Positions 35,452-43,023 of a stretch of 45,873 bases of DNA are shown piece by piece. The stretch is taken from the IMG/VR virus record IMGVR_UViG_3300037420_000730, positions 1 to 45,873 of that record. One strand, written 5' to 3'. The notes under the pieces are model-generated. The model was not told the origin of the DNA and searched no databases. It saw only the letters and a list, made by a program, of their open reading frames with translations. Source of the stretch: a virus (lineage: Duplodnaviria; Caudoviricetes). Every line of letters begins with the position of its first letter. Position 1 is the stretch's first letter. The translations under genes and the position numbers were made by a program.

Positions 35452-36077
35452 GCCTCGACCAACTCCCGCGCATATTGCTCGCGCAACTTCGCTACAGTCT
35501 GATCGACCTCGGACAGGAACTCGGCCGCGCATTCCTCGATCTCGGCAATGGCGGCGTCGTCCCGGTCGATCCTCTTCACCCAAAGCTGCATCGGCTCGGG
35601 GAAGCGCGGATCGAAGCTGGCAAAATCGCACCAGGCGCGCCCCGTGCAGGCAAGCTGGAACTGCATCTGCTTCATGTATTTGTCGGCAATCGTGCCGTTC
35701 AGCAGCGTTTCGCCGTGCGTGGCGGGGTTGGGGCACTTTATCTCCAACATGCCATCGCTGCCGATCAGGCCGTCAGGCGATGCTCCGGCGAATAGCTTGG
35801 GATGCTCGACGAAGCCGATTTCCTCGACATTGCAGAGTGCGTGGATCTGATAGGCGGCCCGAGCCTTGTCCTCCGTATCGACGCCCCATTGCATCGCCGG
35901 AGAGCAAAAGGACGGCGTAGGCTCTCCAGTCAGGCGTTCGATCGATAGTTCCCATGCGTAGTTTGCTCGGGACGCGCCCCAACCCGTCCGGGTCTTCGCC
36001 ATCATGTCCGCCACGCGGGAGGCAGTCAGCCTGCCTAGCCTTGCGGCGAACCATTCTGCGGATCGCTGGTCCATCAT
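35448..36077 (-). CDS. Lambda-exonuclease/YqaJ family exonuclease
   Basis: QRS.EW...RLG.LTAS, GASPDGL, EIKCP and Y..QMQ.QL motifs. Confidence 0.92.
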   Translation of the reverse strand: MMDQRSAEWFAARLGRLTASRVADMMAKTRTGWGASRANYAWELSIERLTGEPTPSFCSPAMQWGVDTEDKARAAYQIHALCNVEEIGFVEHPKLFAGASPDGLIGSDGMLEIKCPNPATHGETLLNGTIADKYMKQMQFQLACTGRAWCDFASFDPRFPEPMQLWVKRIDRDDAAIAEIEECAAEFLSEVDQTVAKLREQYARELVEA

Positions 36078-36697
36078 GCGTTCTCCGTCTGTTTGCTCGG
36101 CTGCAGCCGTTCGATCAGCTTCACCGCCTGGGCCTCGGTCAGCTCCTTGAGCGATCCGACGCGGTAGGCTTCGCAAATCTCCTGCAGCGTTTTCCCGGTG
36201 GCGGGAGCGAGTGTGGCGATCAGGTCGCGCTGTGCATCCGTGATTGCGGCCGTGCGCTTGGGTTCTTCAGCCGGCGCGCTCATTGCGCGGACAGCCGCGT
36301 TGCCGTCGTCATCCTCGGTCGGAACCCCGAACGCGGTTTGCAGCGCATACCGGCGCGCATAGGTCAGCGCCGATCCGAAGCCCTGCGGGTCGCGCTTGTT
36401 CGCCGGAACGAACAGGCTCCCCATGCTCATGCTTTCGCCGCTGGCATGATGAAGGAAAGTCTCGACCGTCACGCCGCCGTCGCTCGGCTGGCAATGCTGC
36501 GTGAAGAACAGGCTGTGCTTGATGAGCGCGGGCTTGATCGCATCGATCACCGCGCCAAGGTCGGCATATTTGCTTACCTTGCCGCCCTGCTTGAACGCCG
36601 GGTTGACAGCGGCCTTCGTCGCCTTGTCGATTTCGGCGAAGGCTTGTGCCATTGCCGCGTGAAGCGTCGCCGCCTCGACTTTGCCCTGTGCAGTCAT
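36074..36697 (-). CDS. erf: ERF-family single-strand annealing protein
   Basis: KYADL, PQ.FGSALTYARRYAL..FG...EDDDGN. Confidence 0.92.
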   Translation of the reverse strand: MTAQGKVEAATLHAAMAQAFAEIDKATKAAVNPAFKQGGKVSKYADLGAVIDAIKPALIKHSLFFTQHCQPSDGGVTVETFLHHASGESMSMGSLFVPANKRDPQGFGSALTYARRYALQTAFGVPTEDDDGNAAVRAMSAPAEEPKRTAAITDAQRDLIATLAPATGKTLQEICEAYRVGSLKELTEAQAVKLIERLQPSKQTENA

Positions 36698-36839
36698 TGA
36701 TCGTCGCCCGCCGCTTTTTCGGCCGCACGGGCTCCTCTTGGGGATTGGGGGGATTTCATTGCCGAACCGAACCGCAGATGGAGCGTGTTTCGCTTTGCCT
36801 GACGGTCGAGAAGCTGGGCGCAGGCTTGTTCGATGGGGG

Positions 36840-37091
36840 TCATGCCGCCACCCGTTCGCGCCCATCGCGCGGTTGCAGATGCTGAACGTCGGTCAGCGGC
36901 TCGAACCGATAGCCGGTCGCCCGGCGGTCGTATCGCGGCGACCCGACGAAGAGCGTCTGATCCTCGAACCCGTCGCGCTCCGGGTGCATCGCGAAGTCTG
37001 CCGCATCGCTCCAGGTGAAGAACTCGGCCACGGTCGGGTTGCGATGGTCGCCGAAGCCCCAGACCGGGTGAATGAACAGCGGCCCGCTCAC
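36840..37091 (-). CDS. Hypothetical protein
   Basis: GTGA-coupled within the operon. Confidence 0.5.
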   Translation of the reverse strand: MSGPLFIHPVWGFGDHRNPTVAEFFTWSDAADFAMHPERDGFEDQTLFVGSPRYDRRATGYRFEPLTDVQHLQPRDGRERVAA

Positions 37092-37318
37092 AGCGCCACC
37101 CACATGGCAACGGACAGGCCAAGCCCGGCAACGATGATCGCCTTGGCCGCGATATCGACCCAATCAATCGGAGGGTGAAAACCGATACGGATGCTGCGAG
37201 GCTTGCCGCACAAGCGAGGGTCGATTGCTCGCGCATCGCGCATGACTTTTGCGACGGTGCGAACATCGAGCGGCGGAAATTGCGATCCGGCAGCGCGGTC
37301 GAGAACGGGGTGGTTCAC
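37088..37318 (-). CDS. Small membrane-anchored hypothetical protein
   Basis: C-terminal TM segment; GTGA-coupled to the repeat gene. Confidence 0.55.
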   Translation of the reverse strand: MNHPVLDRAAGSQFPPLDVRTVAKVMRDARAIDPRLCGKPRSIRIGFHPPIDWVDIAAKAIIVAGLGLSVAMWVAL

Positions 37319-38346
37319 TTGCCGCACTCCACGAGATTGCCGTCCGTGCAGATGTACCAGGTGCCAGCCTTGATCCCGTCGCGCCCGGTGATTCCGCAGG
37401 CGGCAGACTTGATCGAACCATCGTCGGCGAACTCGGTAATGTAGAGCGCCTGCCCGTCGCCCTCGCACATGACCTTGCTGGCAGGAGCATGAGAGAAGGC
37501 CGCGCCGTAGTCGCCGCTGTTCGATGCCGCGCCGTAGTCGCCGCTGTTCGATGCCGCGCCGCGATAGCCGCTGTTCGATGCCGCGCCGTAGTCGCCGCTG
37601 TTCGATGCCGCGCCGCGAGTGCCGCTGTTCGATGCCGCGCCGTAGTCGCCGCTGTTCGATGCCGCGCCGCGATAGCCGCTGTTCGATGCCGCACCGCGAT
37701 AGCCGCTGTTCGATGCCGCGCCGTAGTCGCCGCTGTTCGATGCCGCGCCGTAGTCGCCGCTGTTCGATGCCGCGCCGCGAGTGCCGCTGTTCGATGCCGC
37801 GCCGTAGTCGCCGCTGTTCGATGCCGCGCCGTAGTCGCCGCTGTTCGATGCCGCGCCGCGATAGCCGCTGTTCGATGCCGCGCCGTAGTCGCCGCTGTTC
37901 GAGGAACTCTCGGCAGGCTTGGTGCGGGCGAACACCCATTCGATGGCGCGCCTGGTCAGCTCGGAAATCGAAAGCTCAACGCCAATCGTGATCTTGGCCG
38001 AGCAAATCTTCACATCGTCATTCGTCGAAAACGGCCCGTCCTGCGTGACCTCAAAATAGCGCGAGGTTCCCGGTGCGTAGTAACCGAACACGCTGAGCGG
38101 GTGCGCGTCGGTAGTGCAGGCGTGGAATCCGGATCGGCAAACCTGGACGGCGCCTTTGTGCTCGAAAGTCTTCCCCGGCTCGAACCGGAAGCCCTGGCAG
38201 GTGAGGTCGTGGTTGAAACCCTTGATGCTGGCGATCGGCTTTTCAGCCTTCGCCTTGGGTTTCGCCGCCCGCTTCGTTTTTGCCTTTGCTTCCCCCGCCG
38301 CTTTCGATGTTTCCGCCTTCGGGATGATGTTGGAGGGGCGGTTCAT
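37315..38346 (-). CDS. DUF7666-like phage protein with 15 x 9-aa SNSGxxGAA repeats
   Basis: KGF..DLTC.GF.FE.G...C.SGFHAC N-domain, repeat array, GIKAGTWY C-cap. Confidence 0.8.
   Translation of the reverse strand: MNRPSNIIPKAETSKAAGEAKAKTKRAAKPKAKAEKPIASIKGFNHDLTCQGFRFEPGKTFEHKGAVQVCRSGFHACTTDAHPLSVFGYYAPGTSRYFEVTQDGPFSTNDDVKICSAKITIGVELSISELTRRAIEWVFARTKPAESSSNSGDYGAASNSGYRGAASNSGDYGAASNSGDYGAASNSGTRGAASNSGDYGAASNSGDYGAASNSGYRGAASNSGYRGAASNSGDYGAASNSGTRGAASNSGDYGAASNSGYRGAASNSGDYGAASNSGDYGAAFSHAPASKVMCEGDGQALYITEFADDGSIKSAACGITGRDGIKAGTWYICTDGNLVECGK
37498..37902 (-). repeat. 15 x 27-bp coding tandem repeat with three 6-nt variants (DY, YR, TR)
   Basis: Counted directly; 405 nt. Confidence 0.95.
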
Positions 38347-38348
38347 GC
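38295..38348. repeat. 54-bp direct repeat, copy A (start of DUF7666-like gene)
   Basis: Matches 39245-39298 with 3 mismatches. Confidence 0.9.
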
Positions 38349-39296
38349 CGACACCTGCTCGGCAAGCCGCTGCATGTCTGCCAGCGCATCGTTGTTGTTG
38401 TCGTAGAACCGCGCCGGGCTGATCTTGAACGACGGGTCGCTGGCGTCGTAAATCATCATCGCGGCGAGTTCGGTGTTGTAGAACTGCTCAAGCGCTTTGC
38501 CCTCGGCACCCGCGAGAGTGACCGTCCATCCGGCGCGGCAATGCGTGTTCGCGCATGTGTGCCAGCCGCCCATGTCGAGGGCTTTTGGCTGCGACGCAGC
38601 GGCGAAAATGGTCTGGTGGATGTTCGGGATGGTCGGGACCGGCGGCGGCCCCTCTGCCCCTTCGCGCCCCTGGATATTGTCCTGCCAACGCAAGCCCGAG
38701 CAGTCCGAGCAGCGCGAGCAGCCCGAGCAGTCCGAGCAGTCCGAGCAGTCCGAGCAGCCCGAGCAGCGCGAGCAGCGCGAGCAGTCCGAGCAGTCCGAGC
38801 AGCGCGAGCAGTCCGAGCAGTCCGAGCAGTCCGAGCAGTCCGAGCAGTCCGAGCAGTCCGAGCAGCCCGAGCAGTCCGAGCAGTCCGAGCAGCCCGAGCA
38901 GCGCGAGCAGTCCGAGCAGTCCGAGCAGCCCGAGCAGCGCGAGCAGCCCGAGCAGTCCGAGCAGCGCGAGCAGTCCGAGCAGCCCGAGCAGTCCGAGCAG
39001 CGCGAGCAGCGCGAGCAGTCCGAGCAGTCCGAGCAGCGCGAGCAGTCCGAGCAGTCCGAGCAGCGCGAGCAGCGCGAGCAGTCCGAGCAGTCCGAGCAGC
39101 CCGAGCAGCCCGAGCAGTTAATACAGCCATCGCAATCGTCCAGCGATAGAAGCGCCTTCTCCGCAGCTTCGCGCGTTCCGAAATAGGCGATGCTGGCCCG
39201 ATTATCGCGGCCGTCGATCAGCCAACTGTTCTCTTCGCGGATCGCCGCCGCTTTCGATGTTCCCGTCTTCGGGATGATGTCGGAGGGGCGGTTCAT
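38343..39296 (-). CDS. Cys-rich (CSx)47 repeat protein with WHTC..THCRAGW C-terminal domain
   Basis: ATGA-coupled on both sides; this is the repeat frame that carries globular flanking domains. Confidence 0.8.
   Translation of the reverse strand: MNRPSDIIPKTGTSKAAAIREENSWLIDGRDNRASIAYFGTREAAEKALLSLDDCDGCINCSGCSGCSDCSDCSRCSRCSDCSDCSRCSDCSDCSRCSRCSDCSGCSDCSRCSDCSGCSRCSGCSDCSDCSRCSGCSDCSDCSGCSDCSDCSDCSDCSDCSDCSRCSDCSDCSRCSRCSGCSDCSDCSDCSGCSRCSDCSGLRWQDNIQGREGAEGPPPVPTIPNIHQTIFAAASQPKALDMGGWHTCANTHCRAGWTVTLAGAEGKALEQFYNTELAAMMIYDASDPSFKISPARFYDNNNDALADMQRLAEQVSA
38694..39116 (-). repeat. 47 x 9-bp coding tandem repeat TGCTCG(GAC/CGC/GGC)
   Basis: Counted directly; 423 nt. Confidence 0.95.
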
Positions 39297-39298
39297 GC
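39245..39298. repeat. 54-bp direct repeat, copy B (start of Cys-repeat gene)
   Basis: Matches 38295-38348 with 3 mismatches. Confidence 0.9.
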
Positions 39299-39928
39299 TG
39301 CGATCCTTTCGCTGACTTCGGTGAGGAAGTGCTGGCGGACAGCAGGGCTTGCTTCGCGCCATGCCCGCCGCAAATTTGCGAGCTGCTTCCCGGCTGGCGA
39401 GAGATCGCTATGGCGTCGTCTGCCGGTCGCGCGGCGCACGGCTGCTTTCGTCGGCTCCTCACCAGCATCCAGCGCGGCGTCGAGCGTCCGCCGGACGATA
39501 CCTGGGTAGGTTTCTTCGGCGTCCCTGATCTCGCGCGCTTCGTGAATGTCTTTGGCGCTCAGGCCGATGTCGGCAACCGAGGGGATATTCTCGTTTGGAA
39601 TATCCCTCTTCCCTTGTCCGCCGTGGGGCTGCACATCGCCCCGCGCCTGCGCCGCGTCATATTCATCGGCGATCCTGCGGTTGGCCATGGCTTCGATCTG
39701 GAGCGCATCGGCCTGCGCTCTCCAGACCTTCGTAATGACATCATCGAACGCGCCCTTGGCTTTCGCGAGCCGCGCGGCTGTCTTGGCCGCAGTGTAGGCC
39801 GCATCAGCCATGTCGCGGGCTTCCAGAACCTCGGCGGAATCCTTGGCGCTGGCGAGCATCGACGCGGCCCGGTCAACAAGCGCGGGGAGCGATTCAATGC
39901 TCGGCGGTGATTGAACGGCGGGAAGCAT
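39293..39928 (-). CDS. Conserved alphaproteobacterial phage protein
   Basis: LPALVDRAA..LA.A...AEVLEARD.A...RR.ADEYDAAQ.RG pattern; TGATG-coupled. Confidence 0.7.
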   Translation of the reverse strand: MLPAVQSPPSIESLPALVDRAASMLASAKDSAEVLEARDMADAAYTAAKTAARLAKAKGAFDDVITKVWRAQADALQIEAMANRRIADEYDAAQARGDVQPHGGQGKRDIPNENIPSVADIGLSAKDIHEAREIRDAEETYPGIVRRTLDAALDAGEEPTKAAVRRATGRRRHSDLSPAGKQLANLRRAWREASPAVRQHFLTEVSERIAA

Positions 39929-40803
39929 CAGACGAGCGCCGGGAACGAGCCGTTGACGCGAACGATCTGAAGCGTCTGGCTGGAACGGAAACGGTTCCAT
40001 CCGTGAAAAACGATCTCCAGCGCATCGCTGCGATATTTGCGCTCGCCAATCAACGCGGAGCGCACCGCGAATGCGGGGTCGCCCCGCCTGATGTTCTCAC
40101 CCAAGCAAACCTGGTCGAGATAGGCTTCGGCTTCGGCCGGATGAATGTCGGTAAGCAGATAGTGCGCCGCTGCGATAACGGATTGGGCGACTAGATGCTT
40201 ATAGCCCTTGATGTGCCGCATGGCGTAGGCGGCAGATTCGATAATTCGATTGTCGCCGCGCACACGCGAGAGAACTTCGGAATTGGTGATTTGCGTTCTT
40301 GGGCCAAGATTGCGACCGCCGCTGCGCTCGTAGGCGATAATGTATCTGGCGGTCGTCGCGGCCAGCGCGGTATAGGTGAAGCCCTCCATTGCCAGATAGT
40401 CCCCGGCGGTGCGGGCACTTCCCTGATCAATCGTGGTGCGGCTGTCGCGATCAATGCCGAAAACGACAAGAAATGGAAGCGATGTATTCGCCTCGATGAG
40501 AGCCGTGAGGCGGTGCTGGCCGTCATTCAGTTCGCCGGATTTCGCAACAATGATAGGCTCGCCATTGAACGCCCAGCGGCCGTTGAGCATGTCAGACGCG
40601 AAGTGCTGCGCCTTTACTGGCTTGACATGCCGGTTATCTGGATTGCGCTTGAGCATTTCAGAGGCGAGGCCGGGCGTGATCGTGATGGTCTCTGAAAAGA
40701 CCTCGCCCTTGCTGCGCTGTACGCACTCATTGAACCAGTGAACCGTGCCCGCTTCCGGCTTCTTCGACTTCGCCGGGGTAATCCGCTCTAGAACCGTTGC
40801 CAT
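39928..40803 (-). CDS. ParB-like (DGQHR) domain protein, first gene of the leftward operon
   Basis: ITP..A...L..N..NR, G.W..NGEPI and G.L.DGQHRL.A motifs. Confidence 0.75.
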   Translation of the reverse strand: MATVLERITPAKSKKPEAGTVHWFNECVQRSKGEVFSETITITPGLASEMLKRNPDNRHVKPVKAQHFASDMLNGRWAFNGEPIIVAKSGELNDGQHRLTALIEANTSLPFLVVFGIDRDSRTTIDQGSARTAGDYLAMEGFTYTALAATTARYIIAYERSGGRNLGPRTQITNSEVLSRVRGDNRIIESAAYAMRHIKGYKHLVAQSVIAAAHYLLTDIHPAEAEAYLDQVCLGENIRRGDPAFAVRSALIGERKYRSDALEIVFHGWNRFRSSQTLQIVRVNGSFPALV

Positions 40804-40831
40804 TGCTCATCCTTTCGTTCGGATGAGACAG

Positions 40832-40873
40832 AAAATACACGCTGCGTTGAGTATGTCAAGCGCGCTGCGTGTA
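40832..40873 (-). promoter_or_regulatory. PL promoter (TTGACA-N16-TATTTT) with operator TCAAC-N5-GTGTA and a half-matching second site
   Basis: Consensus -35 at 40859-40854; operator at 40836-40850 matches the 41549-41563 site. Confidence 0.75.
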
Positions 40874-40900
40874 ATCAGCGAAAAATATGCGGAATCCGCT

Positions 40901-40943
40901 TTGCGCCCGCTTCGGGCTACGCTATTTGGAACAAATGGAGAAC
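40901..40943 (+). promoter_or_regulatory. SOS-regulated promoter with LexA box GAAC-N7-GAAC
   Basis: TTGCGC-N16-TATTTG, then GAACAAATGGAGAAC at 40929-40943, the alphaproteobacterial LexA consensus. Confidence 0.75.
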
Positions 40944-41294
40944 GTACTTACCTTTTCGTCACCGGACGAGGTTCCCGCCGGATTCACCACAATTGCTGCT
41001 TTGTCTATGATTCATAGAGGATTAAGCAGTCGCGGCCGAATGGAGAGTGGGGCGAGGGGTGATCCTGTGGCGGACGATATTATTGAAGCGGCTTTGGCCC
41101 GCCGCGTAGCTGCCATGCAGCTTGGGCCGCAATGCGAGAGCGAGTCCGAGCGTCGCCTTCGGCTGGCAAAGCTAGCAATAGCCGTAGAGCTTCTTGAGAG
41201 GTCTCGGCAACGACCTCCGCCCTCGCCGGGTCCATCCCTTCGAGTTCCAGGAGCCTGCGAACGACTTCTGCAAGATCAGGCACTTCTGCATTGA
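40935..41294 (+). CDS. Candidate SOS-induced antirepressor overlapping the cI 3' end antisense
   Basis: ATG lies inside the LexA box, 12 nt after the -10 T; no family recognised. Confidence 0.4.
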   Translation: MENVLTFSSPDEVPAGFTTIAALSMIHRGLSSRGRMESGARGDPVADDIIEAALARRVAAMQLGPQCESESERRLRLAKLAIAVELLERSRQRPPPSPGPSLRVPGACERLLQDQALLH

Positions 41295-41490
41295 AGCCGA
41301 GTAGGTAGTCGGTTGTGGTTCCTAGAGATTTCGCGATTCGCATGAGCGTGTCGAGGTCCGGCGTCCGGTAGCCGGTAAAGTAGTTATGAAACCGCGCTAC
41401 TGATATATCGCAAAGACTCGCGGCGTCGGTTTGGGAAAGCCCCCGGTCCCGCAGGATCGCCTGGAGTTGCTGATCGACGCGATTCTTCAC
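41080..41490 (-). CDS. CI-like XRE repressor without peptidase domain (start uncertain)
   Basis: RGLSQTDAA..C.IS..RF.NY..G.R.PD..TL.RIA..LGTT.DYLLG HTH; divergent from cro. Confidence 0.8.
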   Translation of the reverse strand: MKNRVDQQLQAILRDRGLSQTDAASLCDISVARFHNYFTGYRTPDLDTLMRIAKSLGTTTDYLLGFNAEVPDLAEVVRRLLELEGMDPARAEVVAETSQEALRLLLALPAEGDARTRSRIAAQAAWQLRGGPKPLQ

Positions 41491-41538
41491 CGGCACTGAA
41501 AAGCCGACGCGCCGCGTTGCGTCTATAAACGAGTGGGG

Positions 41539-41576
41539 TTGCATTCTTTCAACACTCCGTGTAACGAAACGGAATG
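41539..41576 (+). promoter_or_regulatory. PR promoter (TTGCAT-N17-TAACGA) with operator TCAACACTCCGTGTA
   Basis: The -12 T is 12 nt before the cro ATG; operator half-sites match those at PL. Confidence 0.65.
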
Positions 41577-41801
41577 CAGAAGAAGCGCGAGTCTGTATCA
41601 AACTGGCTGATCGATCAGGTCGGTCCTGAACTGGTGCGGGAACGTCTCAACGTATCCTCGCAGCGTCTGCACATGTGGCGTGTTCGCGGTATCCCGCTCG
41701 AAAAGCGCATAGCCTTCCAAAACCTTGCGCTTGAATGCGGAATTGAGCCGCCACCCGAGTTTCTTGCCGAAGCCCTCAGATCGATTGGGCTGGCCGCATA
41801 A
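41574..41801 (+). CDS. Cro-like repressor
   Basis: LID.VG...V...LNVS.Q...W..RGIP pattern; divergent from cI. Confidence 0.75.
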   Translation: MQKKRESVSNWLIDQVGPELVRERLNVSSQRLHMWRVRGIPLEKRIAFQNLALECGIEPPPEFLAEALRSIGLAA

Positions 41802-41992
41802 TGATCCGCTCGCCCCAACTCCCGGCGAGCACCCGGAGCGCCGGAAACGGAAGCGCGCCCTTGCCAGAGACGTGTGTCTGCTCGGCTGAGCGCTCCGGAT
41901 TTTTCACGAAAACGCTCCCGGTTTTCCTGTTCCTGGAGTGTCAGGGCAGTCAGCCCCGACTGCCCGCCCTTTCCGATCCCGCGAGGCCGTAG

Positions 41993-42148
41993 ATGGCGCT
42001 GGGGGAGGCTCTGATACTTACCGCGCTTGCCTCCGCTGGTGCGCTCGCTCTCGCATACATCGCCCGCGAACTTCGCGAGATAGCCGAGGACGAAGCCGCG
42101 CTCGGGGAATGGCCGCGTGTTCCCAATGAACTCAACGAAGGAGAGTGA
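41993..42148 (+). CDS. Small membrane protein (51 aa)
   Basis: Translated by hand (MALGEALILTALASAGALALAYIA...). Confidence 0.45.
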   Translation: MALGEALILTALASAGALALAYIARELREIAEDEAALGEWPRVPNELNEGE

Positions 42149-42151
42149 GTG

Positions 42152-42448
42152 ATGGACTACACAAACAATGGGGTGGCGCAGCAGCAGCTGCAGCAGATGC
42201 AGTCGCCGGGCCTCGCCGCCGGTCGGCCAATTCCAGAACTTGGTCGGCTGAAAGCGGCCGCCGAGCGGGTATCGAGAGCGGAGCAGCAGATCGATAACTT
42301 CGTCACGCGGTTCCACGGCTCTCATCCAGAATGCGAGAACCAGACCTCTGGTGGCTGTTCCGACAATTATCGAAATGATCTCGACGCGCTGTTCTCGGCA
42401 ATCGAGCGGCTCGAATATTCCGTTTCTACGCTCGACCACATCGGCTGA
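42152..42448 (+). CDS. Hypothetical coiled-coil protein
   Basis: RBS AAGGAG upstream. Confidence 0.55.
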   Translation: MDYTNNGVAQQQLQQMQSPGLAAGRPIPELGRLKAAAERVSRAEQQIDNFVTRFHGSHPECENQTSGGCSDNYRNDLDALFSAIERLEYSVSTLDHIG

Positions 42449-42696
42449 ATCGTGACGGCCCCACTTCCTCAAGAGACGACCGTGGCAGCGCCTCAAACGC
42501 CTTTCCTGCGCGCAAGCGTCAACGCCGTTGGGGCCGGGGGCGTAACGCCCTTTCGGATACCGGCGAAGAATCGGAATGTCACAACTTTTGGAGAATTGGT
42601 GACCGGCGAGGATCGCTGGGGGAGGATCGGCAATTCGGCCGGCCACCAAAGGACGCACACAAACATCGACATCGCACATCGTGGGGAGGCCCTATA

Positions 42697-43023
42697 GTGG
42701 CTTCCGTCCCAACAATCCTTGGCGAATCAAAAGCGGACACGCTGCGGGCAATCGGCTCCGCGCTCCTGCAAACGAAGAACGCCAACAGGCTCACTCTCGA
42801 TACGATGGCCGAAACGATGCGCCGGTCGGACGAAGCCGTAGCGCAATACATCGCTGGCGAGGCCGAAATGGGCGTCACCGCATGGCTCCGCGCAATCAAG
42901 GCATGGCCCGATCTTGAGAATCGCCTGACCTACCATCTGATGGACGAGGACGAGAAGGCGTTCCGCGCCAATCAGCGCGCCCTGAACCTTCCACCGCCAC
43001 AGCCGAAATCGGAGGCCGCATGA
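42697..43023 (+). CDS. HTH protein (CII-like position)
   Basis: LTLDTMAETMRRSDEAVAQYIAGE helix-turn-helix; RBS GGAGG. Confidence 0.6.
   Translation: MASVPTILGESKADTLRAIGSALLQTKNANRLTLDTMAETMRRSDEAVAQYIAGEAEMGVTAWLRAIKAWPDLENRLTYHLMDEDEKAFRANQRALNLPPPQPKSEAA

Noticed and set aside
37498-37902. CRISPR-like array (constant 21 nt plus variable 6 nt)
   Set aside because: Variable parts are only 6 nt with three recurring variants, the period is a multiple of 3 within an ORF, and no cas genes are present.
38456-39186. Alternative-frame repeat ORFs (ART, EQS, SSP, RAV repeats)
   Set aside because: By-products of a stop-free 9-bp repeat; only the CSx frame is coupled to its neighbours and has globular flanks.
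39889-39918. Extra GCGATTCAA copies (39889; GTGATTCAA at 5901; GAGATTCAA at 1086)
   Set aside because: They lack CMTAG at the 16-nt spacing. The 1086 copy (N17-CATAC-N10-ATG) is only a degenerate possibility.
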